Shown here piece after piece: positions 50,326 through 60,899 of a stretch of DNA of 64,000 nucleotides (positions are counted from its first letter, which is position 1; each line of letters opens with the position of its first letter). The notes under the pieces were generated by a model. The model had not been told where the DNA came from and searched no databases. It saw only the letters and a list, made by a program, of their open reading frames with translations. Where the stretch lies: the NCBI GenBank assembly GCA_963776275.1, contig CAVZMI010000023.1, forward strand, positions 320,001-384,000, written 5' to 3'. Both the position numbers and the translations under genes were made by a program. The DNA is from Ignavibacteriota bacterium. Its GTDB lineage: Bacteria; Bacteroidota; Ignavibacteria; UBA10030; CAVZMI01.

Positions 50326-50554
50326 GTTTACCTCCTTATGCAAATGCGTTTTCCGTAAACTTGTCGTTTGTTATTCTGGAATGATCTATTACTTGACTCA
50401 TTGGTGGTTTTAAAAATCAACAGCTGCATTTTTTGTGTATCGTTTCGGATCCTATAATACCAAAATCGGGTTGAATAAAAAGAGTAAGTTTTTTGTATAT
50501 CACTTTGCAGAAAGGTATAAAAATATGCGTACAGAGTCAACCTACGGTAACATC

Positions 50555-52360
50555 TCAAAACCGATGTGCATAACTCAGTGACGCCTGCGTTTCGTTGAAA
50601 TTGGCACCCGCGCCAGATCCAGTGACATCTGAATATCGTATATTAAGATTCACCGTATCATTGTCCCAGACTGGATAACTCGACTGCAGCGTGACGCTGA
50701 GGGTTTTTGATTGCGCCGAGTTTGCGTCGGATAACGTAAATGAATTATTTAATTTTCCTTCAAACATACGATAATTTACAGTGATGCCAAGTGTCGTTAT
50801 ATCATCCTTCTCACCGCTAATTTGAGTGCTTGTAACACCCCCGAACGGATTCACACTCAGATCCTCTGTCAGCACACTCGAAATATTGACCATCATCGTT
50901 GTTGCTTGGGAAGAAAAATCCTTCCGGAAAATATTTCCATCATCGGATGTCTGAAATGAACCGGTCAGAGTCAGCGTATTAGCTACCGTCCCTATAGGAA
51001 TTAGGAACGAAAGATTAGCCATATAGGATGCCATGGTATTTTCAATCTTCATGGTATCGTTTGATGCGTCGTTCGATAGACCATTCGCAACATATGCTAA
51101 CATGGCAAACATCCAATTCGTCGGCCTGACTCCGAGGTTGACCGAGAGTGTCGATCGCTGCGTTGTAAACCATTTTTGTTCGGCAAGATTATCCGACGAT
51201 TGATCGTATGTTGCATTCAGAGAGATTCCCCCATCGAACAATTGAGTAGTCAATCCCAGATCGAAACCCTGACGATCGTTGATCTGAGAAGCTAGCCCGA
51301 GCGAGGTATAGCTCGCGCCGATCCTTGTAAATCCTCCGCGCAATGAGAAGACCTGGAAATCCAGAACGACACTTGTTTTCAGCGCATAGTCAGCGGAAGT
51401 GCTCATGCGCAGTGTATAGAGATTTTTCAGCGATGAGATGGCCTTGTTTTTAAGTGTTGATGTATCGGAGATTTCCGCAGCATTCATATCGCTCGTAAAC
51501 ATACATCCAGCCGCCTCACCGCGGAACGTGAACACCCCGTCGAAAAGTGAAAAGCCCGTACTGATTCCTGCAACAAGATTTTCCTGCGGTACGGTCAGAA
51601 ACGGGTCATTCTGTGTCGTCGCATAGAGCGAGTCGATCACCGAAGTGCTGTCCTTGTGTGGAAGAGAATCTGGTTTCTCAGGAATTTTCAACGAACTCGA
51701 GTTATCCCGGGCACGGAGAACTGTAATGTCGAAGAAATCCCCTCCTTCTCGGCCGATTCCGATTCGTCCGGCGGCAATCACCCGCTCAAAGGCGGCATCG
51801 ACGGCGTTCCCCTCCACCGCACGATGGGTGAGTCCTCCGATGGCAGCAAAGCGGAATATTCCGGGATTTATCTCAACCCCGCCGCCTCTGATCGTAACTC
51901 CATTTAGTGTAAAATCGGATAAAGAACTGCTGAAATCGCCGATATCGGCCCTTCCCCATGACCATTCGGGATGGATGGCAATCTGATCGAGCGACTGCTT
52001 CGCGGAATTGCCTTCGGTCGAGAGAAGAAAATTGAAATTCATCGTAAGGGTTTTGAATAATGAAATTGTCGGTTGAAAATAGAGTCTTCCAGTTGCCGAT
52101 GGTCTGCGATCATCTATCCCGGACGCATGGTACAACTCACCATACATACCGATTTCGCCGCTGAAAGTGACTATTTTTTCCAGTAGCGACAAAGAGTCCG
52201 AAGTTTGCACCGCCGAGATCGGAGCCAACTGAAGGGAATCCGATGAACGATCGGAATTCACTCGCGCCGTATCAATTTGTGCATAGCTAATCGAACAGAA
52301 TAATGTGCAGAGAAGTCCTCTGATGATCCAATGCCGGAAAAAATCACTTGTTGTACACAC
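50555..52360 (-). CDS. Predicted outer-membrane beta-barrel protein
   Basis: Signal peptide; amphipathic strands; IGDFS...LNGVTIRGG; ends SLSYAHRF (BAM-type terminal Phe). Confidence 0.7.
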   Translation of the reverse strand: MCTTSDFFRHWIIRGLLCTLFCSISYAQIDTARVNSDRSSDSLQLAPISAVQTSDSLSLLEKIVTFSGEIGMYGELYHASGIDDRRPSATGRLYFQPTISLFKTLTMNFNFLLSTEGNSAKQSLDQIAIHPEWSWGRADIGDFSSSLSDFTLNGVTIRGGGVEINPGIFRFAAIGGLTHRAVEGNAVDAAFERVIAAGRIGIGREGGDFFDITVLRARDNSSSLKIPEKPDSLPHKDSTSVIDSLYATTQNDPFLTVPQENLVAGISTGFSLFDGVFTFRGEAAGCMFTSDMNAAEISDTSTLKNKAISSLKNLYTLRMSTSADYALKTSVVLDFQVFSLRGGFTRIGASYTSLGLASQINDRQGFDLGLTTQLFDGGISLNATYDQSSDNLAEQKWFTTQRSTLSVNLGVRPTNWMFAMLAYVANGLSNDASNDTMKIENTMASYMANLSFLIPIGTVANTLTLTGSFQTSDDGNIFRKDFSSQATTMMVNISSVLTEDLSVNPFGGVTSTQISGEKDDITTLGITVNYRMFEGKLNNSFTLSDANSAQSKTLSVTLQSSYPVWDNDTVNLNIRYSDVTGSGAGANFNETQASLSYAHRF

Positions 52361-52385
52361 CGATGTACTCCTTCGTCAGGTATTT

Positions 52386-54416
52386 TTATGGACGAATCGA
52401 AATCTCCTTGCTTGGATTACTCTCCCGGCCATTTTTCCAGACCGTCGTTACGGTATAGAAATATAATTGCCCGCTCTTGACAGTGCGATCGAGAAATTCC
52501 TGTTTCTCGGACTTCACAGTTCCTACCACAACCTCTTTTCCATCAAGCTGTGTTCTGTGGATTTTGTATGACATTACATCGGGATGAGCGACGGCACCCC
52601 ATCTAAGCATAACTCCATCCGTGGTTTTTTCGACACGAATACCCGCTGGGGATAACGGCAGTTCAAGTAGAATATTTACCCGTTCGCTGGCACTGAGAGA
52701 ACTCACCCCATTGAAAAAATCGACTGACTGCACCGCATATTCATATATTTTCCCTTCACCGACACTTTGATCATCATAATAATTCAGGGTGTAGGGAAGG
52801 AGTGAATCGACAAGTTTCTTAAATTCCTGCCGTTTCGATCCCTGACCGGCATCTTCGCGCCTGTAGATATAATACCCCTTGATGGTTACATCTGACGCTT
52901 TCATATCCAACCAGTGCAATCGTACTTCTTTTCCGTCGACCACAGCCGTGAATTTCAACGGCGTAAGGGGCACAGTGGGTATCAATGGTCGTATTGAAAT
53001 CGTGTCGGCAAACTCCCCGAGGACATGACTTTTACTCTCACTCTTAATGGAATAGACATACGTAATTTCCCCGACCAGTACAGAGCTTGTGTCAATGTAT
53101 GTCCCTCCCATCTCTTTTTCTTTGAAAGGAATTAGAGGCGAGATCTCTTCGAGAGGATCGCTTCCTCCTTTTCCCCTGTACACATAAAATCCATTGACAT
53201 CTTTATCCTTCACTTCCCATTGAAGACGAACACCGTTTTTTATTCCCTCGCCGCGAAGGTTGACTGGCGGCAGAGGCATATCAGCACTACGATATAATCC
53301 GATCACTTTCGCCGTCGGCACCGATTCTTCTCCCAGCGGACCTGTCATCGTCATGTAATAATAGTATCGAACCATCGGTTGAACAGATTGATCGATATAC
53401 TCGGAATCCATAGGCGCGACGGTCGCTATCGGTTTGTATCCCTTATCCCAATCGTCACTCCGAAAAATCTTCAGGCTTTTGACCGCGGCGGGTTCATTTA
53501 TATGCCATCGCAGACGGAGTCCGCCGAGTTTATCAAGGCTTTCTGCTTTCAACCGGTCGGGTAGCCGTATTGCTGCGAAACTTGTTGATGAAATGACAAC
53601 GGTATCCGACGGGTTTCCTGTATTGCCGTAGAAATCCTTCGGTACGAGAAAATATGCATACATTTGTTTAATCTGGACTGATGTATCACGAACCGTGTAG
53701 TAGGCAGAATCCCGCCGTTGTAAAATAACACGCACAGGATAAACATGCATGAATGAAGCGTGCATCCCATCTTTTCTATATACATCCATGCTTGCAGGTT
53801 TTTTCCCTGCTCCCATCCCCCACGATATTCCAATCTGATTGCCCTGAGAATTTTTTTCCACAAGCCGTAAACGGGGATATTGAACCACCTGTGGATATGA
53901 GACAGCCGGTGACGTAAAAATAATCCTGATATTTTTAAAAGTATCAATTTTTGAAACCTGATATTCATATTGAACGCCTTTTTCCGCTGTCGTATCGAGA
54001 TAGCTCGTTCCTAATGCAATCCGAACCGGCAGTATTGCTCCCCAAGTCTTTAGCGAATCCATCCGTCTCCATTTTTCCACACGTTCCCATAACATTTTCG
54101 CTGGTATTTTCTCGATCGCCAGCGGTTCCGGAACAAGCGGCATAATTTCGCCGAGGCGGCCGGTAAATTCGTAAAGCGACTGTGCCGATACAACATCGGC
54201 TATCAGGTTCCACGATTTTTCGGTTTTTTTCTTACGCTCAATCCGATACCCTGCAACATTTTGCACAGGTTTTTTCGGTGAGACAATATCATTCCCAACA
54301 TGAATATAGATTCCTCGCGGACCGCCTCCCACAACCGCCTTGAGAGGTTGTTGTGCAGTTACGATACCGCAGACAAGGAAAACGGTTACGATGTTAATCA
54401 AGATTGATATTTTCAT
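52386..54416 (-). CDS. Exported multi-fibronectin type III protein
   Basis: Signal peptide; about six repeats of P..L...LxW...YxIYR...YxD...Y.Y. Confidence 0.8.
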   Translation of the reverse strand: MKISILINIVTVFLVCGIVTAQQPLKAVVGGGPRGIYIHVGNDIVSPKKPVQNVAGYRIERKKKTEKSWNLIADVVSAQSLYEFTGRLGEIMPLVPEPLAIEKIPAKMLWERVEKWRRMDSLKTWGAILPVRIALGTSYLDTTAEKGVQYEYQVSKIDTFKNIRIIFTSPAVSYPQVVQYPRLRLVEKNSQGNQIGISWGMGAGKKPASMDVYRKDGMHASFMHVYPVRVILQRRDSAYYTVRDTSVQIKQMYAYFLVPKDFYGNTGNPSDTVVISSTSFAAIRLPDRLKAESLDKLGGLRLRWHINEPAAVKSLKIFRSDDWDKGYKPIATVAPMDSEYIDQSVQPMVRYYYYMTMTGPLGEESVPTAKVIGLYRSADMPLPPVNLRGEGIKNGVRLQWEVKDKDVNGFYVYRGKGGSDPLEEISPLIPFKEKEMGGTYIDTSSVLVGEITYVYSIKSESKSHVLGEFADTISIRPLIPTVPLTPLKFTAVVDGKEVRLHWLDMKASDVTIKGYYIYRREDAGQGSKRQEFKKLVDSLLPYTLNYYDDQSVGEGKIYEYAVQSVDFFNGVSSLSASERVNILLELPLSPAGIRVEKTTDGVMLRWGAVAHPDVMSYKIHRTQLDGKEVVVGTVKSEKQEFLDRTVKSGQLYFYTVTTVWKNGRESNPSKEISIRP

Positions 54417-54426
54417 TGGTTTGCTC

Positions 54427-57400
54427 TCACTTTATATATGGAGTAATACTTTTTCCGTCACTTCCGAGATGTGCCTTTAGTCCCACGGTGATACATCCAC
54501 CCACTTCATGTTTATCACAGAATGTCCCATCGCAGTCCGAGTCGCATACTCCCCATCCGGCATACGCCGAGCCGCATAACGATATCGAAGCATCGCCTTC
54601 GACAAACCAGTCGCCATTGGTGCTGATCTGCCCTCCATATCCGGCAATCACAATAGCGGATGCTTTGAGTCCGGCACATGCAATTCCGATCGACCCGCCA
54701 ATTCCTGCTCCAGCTTCTCCGAAGATGTTTACTCCCGTGGAGTATGATATTCCGCCGTCAAAATTCATACCTATGCTTTGATCACCGCCGATGTTGACAT
54801 ATAACTCACCCGAAACGATGAAGAAATTGAATCCTAGACTTGGAATGAATGGCATTTGCATCTCGCCTTCGCCATAAAATCCCTTGATATGCGCCGGAAA
54901 TGCAGTGGGAAACTCACCTTTGTGTTGATAAATCCAGGAGAATTGGCCGAATAGATTTTTAATATGATCCGTCATGGGGTAATTGCCAAAAATCACAGCG
55001 GCCTGTCCGCCGAATCCTACAAGTTTCAGGTTTGCTCCGGCCAGGAAATACCACCCATCGTTATCAATCAACACCTCAGCAACACCTGCAACCTCTGTAG
55101 GTCCGAGATTGATTCCCTGACTGAAATCGACCGATCCGAAAAGACGGTGATTGACAAAATCATACGTGAGGCTGATATTTCCGAATGGTAAAGGAATATT
55201 TTTTACACCAACCTGTTGATTATTGGCAAGAATCTCACCATACACCGTGAAGGCGAGTCTGCCGGTGGCTCCTTCAGTTCCCGTCATGTCTCCGGCGAAC
55301 CATAGATTAGTCCAGGTACCGCTCTCCACATGCATATTACCGGCAATCGCATTCAGCTTCGATGAACTGTTAGCCGCGATATCAAGCGATTGTCCCGGAT
55401 CAATCCAGAGTGATGTCGAATCGGGTGTCCGGAATAAATGTAGCGTAAAAGCAAATTTCCCTGCTTCGGAAACCGCTCCTTTCGCGATAAATCCGTGTTC
55501 GTCAAGCGTTTGCGGATTATTTGCATTACCCGGAATGTCGATATGCACACCCTTTGTATCAAATTTGAAATTGATAGGATCGAACGAAAAGGCGATATTA
55601 TTATTGATGTCTTTGTAGTAATCAATCGACGTTGTTTTACCGCCGCCGTCAAGTGGAATATGAAGATCAAACGAACCTGGAATATTTACACGATTCGGAT
55701 AGACAACGATCTTGACCGGTGTGAACGACACTGCATTATAGAGTGTAATGGGCGGAGCATTAGGATCCGCAGCAAATCCCGTCTCCCCGTTACTCAACAC
55801 ATAAAATGAACCGAACGAAATTTTATCGCCTTGACTCATGCCGGGAAGCGTATTAATCATTGCACATTCACTCATCCCCGATTTCGGTATCACCATCAGC
55901 GACCAGTGCCCTTTCGGTTCATCAATACCTGCATAGGGGTTGTACACAAAACTTGCATCTCCGGTGATCACCAGAGGTACTATTCCACCCAGCGTCAAGT
56001 TTTTTAAATCAAAACTCGACTTCTCCGTTTCCAACTTTACCGGTGTGATCGGAAGGTCTTTTGTGAACGGAACATCCACCAGTCCGGTTTTTATCGCTCC
56101 GGTATGAAGCACCAGGCCGGAACCATTAAAGCTCCAATCACTGCTCACCACCTGCCATTTCTCAAGTTGAGCGGAAATTTCGTTGGTACTCTGAACACTC
56201 TCAACACTATTCGGAGTAATCACAATAACACCGACATCGAGATTTAAATCGGAGGGAGTTATTGTCGGTATGTTCGTATGAAGATGCGTAGCCAGTCTCA
56301 GTGCTCCAGTCGTCGCATATGATGTATTGGAATCAGCAACAGCGTTTTTATCGAATGTATGTAGAGTATAGCGGAGTGCACTGCCGCTGGCATCGACCAC
56401 GTTGAAGCCATCCGGAACCTGTGCAAGATCCGATTGAGATGCGGCAACAACCGGGACATTCATTCTCACGCTCATATTCGATGTTCCCGGAAGAATAAGC
56501 ACAATACTATCTTTCGGGAACGACACTGCCCCACCGGTACTGAACGATCCGGCATAAATCGCCACTTTCCCCCTAATCACACCTGAGCCGCTTTTCTTCA
56601 GATCCTCAACCAGCAATGTACCTGTTTTCCCATATTGGCTTACCGTACCGTTGAATGACTTCAAAATTTTTGTTATTTCGAGTACTTTGATATCCACCGG
56701 TACTACTCCGGCATCCGGTTGTGCTACCGGCACATTATTGCTATTTAATTTACTCCCCGGGCCAATGATGATGTCGTAAAATGTCAATGTCTTGGATGTA
56801 TCGATTTCAAATTGCATATTAGATGGCAGCGTGACGAAACGGCCCGATATCTTTGCTTTCGTTCCGGCTTGCGGTGTTAGCTTTGTAATTTCAACCGGCA
56901 AATCGAGCAGACGCGTGATATCCATGTCGTTGTAGACTTTCAGATGAAATTTCAGGGAATCGATTGGTACCCACATAGGTTTGCCTGACGGTTTTCCCTG
57001 CATTATAGCGCCGGGGGGATAGACATATATTCTTATCCCAGATTCCTCAACGTCGATATTTGCCGAGTCCCCGATCGTCCCTCCCTTCACTGCAAAGAAT
57101 GTGTGGATTCCTACAGGAACATTTCGCAATGTGTACGAGCCATTCGCTACGGTCATGCAGTCAACCTGTTCAACTTCGCCCGATCCTTCCTGTGCCATAT
57201 AGACATGCGCACCCTCCACAGCCTGATCCTTACCGACAAAGACCTTCCCGATTATACGGCCGGCTACCGGTAGATATACCCCCACCGAATGCCAGCCTTT
57301 CAAACACGAATCGGCTGTGGATACGAACTGGGTTTCAAAGTCCTGGTCTGCCGGACCCTGACCCGGATTTTGAAGCTTTTTGCATCGCTCTGGAAAACAA

Positions 57401-60400
57401 AATAAGCATGCCCGCCTATATCGGTGACCTGCGGCGCGACACCCGTGAGATTGAGAAACTCAACCTGTGCTCCCTTGACAAAAATAAGTTGTGAATTATT
57501 AGGTTCTTTTGCGATCGTGTTGACTCTTACATCAATTCTGTGAAGTTTCCTGTACGCGGTGAGCTTCCCTATGTTTTGATTTTGCTTGAAAATGTAGAGT
57601 GATGTATCCGAAATGATATACTTATCATGATTCACCGGTTCGATAGTTATGTTTTGCACCCCGGTCGGTGCCGGAAGCTCGAAAGTGTATTTCGTACATA
57701 CATATGTTTTCGCCGAGTATCCCTGTTGAGAGGATCCTATCGTAACCATCTTGGACTCTGCACATCCCGTCTTTATTTTCGCCCCTCCTTGAATTCCAAT
57801 GTATGTGTCAACCGGTACTCCGGTTTCATCAACTACTTCTCCGGAAATACTTCCTGCGGGGAAAATCGTGAGGGGATCGATAACTTGCTTCAGACCCTTA
57901 GAAAGCCTTTGAATGTAAGGGGGGGTCAGTATTGTATCCCGAAAGCCCATGCTATGACAGTAAATATAAAGCTTTCGATCAGTGCCCGTTTGGATTTTCC
58001 GGGAGATTATCAAACTTCACATATCCCGCCGAATCGGTTTGCTTATTCCAGCTTGACGATCCATCACTCAGGTAGGCCGTTACATTGGGTGCAGGCAATT
58101 TTGTGTCGCTCCGATAGATGTTTGCCGCGACATATGGTGGAAGCGGCTCCAGCTCGCAGAACATGTAATCTATATGCGGAGGATTTATCTGATAATCTTC
58201 ATTGTAGACCGCATGTTCCCCGTCACAGTTGTATGTAAACGGCACCCAGTATGTTTTATAATTGTATAACCCTTTCGGATCCGATTCCAGTAAGAGGAAA
58301 TATTTATCCTGTGTATTATTATTATCATTTTTCACCAGATTGGTAAATTTAATTCTTCCCTTCTGTTTTGTCTCCGGATCGATAGTCGTCACATCCTTTG
58401 CGATGATATCGAACGTATAAGCTCCATATTTTTTCGTCTTGGGAGTCCCTGCATATCCGCCGCATTCATCTGACGGGATCGTCAGCGGATGTTTCACCCG
58501 AAGAATGTATGCGTAAATATTATTCAATGGATTCTTTGTTTCTTTATCAAATGCAGCAACACGAAACTGGTACGCTCGAACCAAACAACATAGCGAACCG
58601 AAATCCTGAAAATTCAGAGGCTGGAGCTCAATATCGGCATAGTTGGGATTTCCCTCGCCGGGGCTGCAATAGTATGGGTTATCCAGGATGATTCGTGCCA
58701 CACGGTAGAGGCTTCCTTTGTATATTGTGGGAAATTCAGTAGGACCGGTCTTGAAGGTCTGATTAGTTGCTATGACTCCTATACTGTCGAAAAATGTCGG
58801 TGACATCGTCAGGTAGAATCCCACCCTTCCGGTCGAATCACTTGTCGATACACCAAGTTCCTGATTTGCATCAGAGCGATTCACAAGTCCTGTCACATCA
58901 GCAACTCCGCCGCCGCTTTTATGAAGGATATACTTTAATACCAGCCGTGCCCGAACACCAGCAAGAGGTTTATTACACGACCCGTTCGGAAATTTATATG
59001 TCAGATGTCCGGTAATATACGATGATAAATACTGAGGATTGATTTCCGTGTACAGAAACGGGAGAGGATATTCTTCAACAAACGTTGCATTATCTGTCTT
59101 ATCATAATTGAGCGGTGGATTCGGTGTCCCGTCAAATTTTATTGTGAGATCTGAGTAAGAAACCATTGCGATCCAACCTGGACTTTTAATTTCGAGTCTA
59201 TAACCGTCGAAGGGTTTACGATTCTGTACAAGACACGCAAATTGCACCTGCCCGCTCTCGACAGAATCCTTCGCTACCAGCGTCCAGCTTCCCGACTTCG
59301 GACGGGGGTCGAGTGGATCTCCTTCATCCTTTGGAAGATCCGGATAGGTAACAAGCCGGTAAAGATATGCAACGGTCCCTTTCTTTGCATGTCCTCCGGG
59401 TTGTGAGGGATCCCATATTTGAACCGTGAGATTGTACTGGCGGGCCTTAGCCATTAAAATACCAACATTGAGGTTCCCTTTGGGTTTAAACATAATGTCT
59501 GTACCCGGGCTGAGGTAATACGGACTCGAGACTATCACGCGTCCGGCACGATATAGATCTCCCTTAGTGAGCCCTTTATTCGGGACGTATATGTTCGTGT
59601 CTTTTGCAATAAGTCTTGTGCTGTCGGAAGTAATAAAATCGAATGAAAAATTTCCGTTACCGTCGGTTGTTGTCGATGCCAGTTCCTTACCCATATCAGA
59701 ATATGGGATGAAGAATCCCGGTTTCAGCACATAGGGAAGTCCGACTTTCGGGTGAAATATATATTCTACCAGCAATTTGATTGCCATATTGGCAAGTACT
59801 CGAGCCGGTCGACTCGATCCGGGCCAATTATAATGCAATATGCCCTGAACCCTTGTCAGTCCTGGCGGTTGAAGAAGAGGCAGAGTAAATGACGTCGACA
59901 TCTTTTTATATCTGAAAGTCCAGATTTCACTCTTACCATTATTTGCTGCGGCAGGTGTTCCATTCTGATCAAGCGCCTGAATCTGCCATGCGTATTGTCT
60001 CCCTATTTCAATTGGAAGTGCGCTGGGTGGGTACACAAGCATATTAATATTCGTGAGTATCTGTTCAAATTGAGGGACATTTGCAGATAATGCTTTCTCG
60101 GGCTGCTGTCCCTGAAGTACTTCACAGATTCGTATCGCATAGCGGATAGTCATTCCCGGCGGTACAAGCACCGGAGTCCATTGAAATGTTGGATATGCGA
60201 GAGAAACTGTATCCTTGTTTTGTGGCACAACAAGCTGCGGTTGATCCGGTAGGACTATGCTGAAGGACTTACAATCCTGGGTGAGCTGTTTTTCCTGTTG
60301 ATCGAGTACAGCGATGCAGAGAGTGTAGTCATCCTCAGGAAGGCGGCCGGATTTTTTTATGATAGAAGCAAAAGTACCATTGTAGATCGCCTCATTAATT

Positions 60401-60756
60401 TTTAACATTTGATTATTATGGAAATTCCAGGTAGCGGGTCCGGTGAGCTGCATAGGATTCCCTTTAATCGTAGCAACCTGACCGAACCGTTTACTCGTTA
60501 CAATGCCTCGGAATGTAATCGTCACCGTTTTTTTCTGAATATAGGATAAATTATAGGTAACGATCTGTGGATTATTCTGCCATTGACTCAGGTATGGTGA
60601 TGGATTCGGCATAATATTCAGAAAAGATAACCAGTCCGGACTCTGGGCAATAAGGGTACACTGAGGCACACACAGGAGTGACAGAATTGCCACGATGATA
60701 TAGAATGGGAGAAAACAGTGTGCCTTTCGCAGATACGAGATGATTTGGGAAATCAT
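54427..60756 (-). CDS. Giant (about 2109 aa) exported protein with TANFOR-like N-terminus; compensating indels in G runs near 57985 and 57357
   Basis: PSPYLSQW...GRLPEDDYTLC...PQLVVP...FQWTP...YAWQIQA N-terminus; internal repeats; beta-rich Gly/Cys C-terminus. ORFs 57979..60756, 57300..58013 and 54427..57303 join, and the 6330-nt span is a multiple of 3. Confidence 0.7.
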
Positions 60757-60899
60757 AGGAACTCCAATCGTAATGGATAATTCACGTTCTCTCCGGAATC
60801 GGATAGAGGTGTTTCCTTTATTTCTTAGAAAAGAACTCGTGCGACATTCGTATAATAATATTGATCGACGGCTTCCGAATTGTGTTTAGTATCACGCGA

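Noticed and set aside
57300-58013. Independent 237-aa gene inside the giant-protein locus
   Set aside because: It is bounded by compensating +1 and -1 changes in G runs, and the overall span stays in frame.
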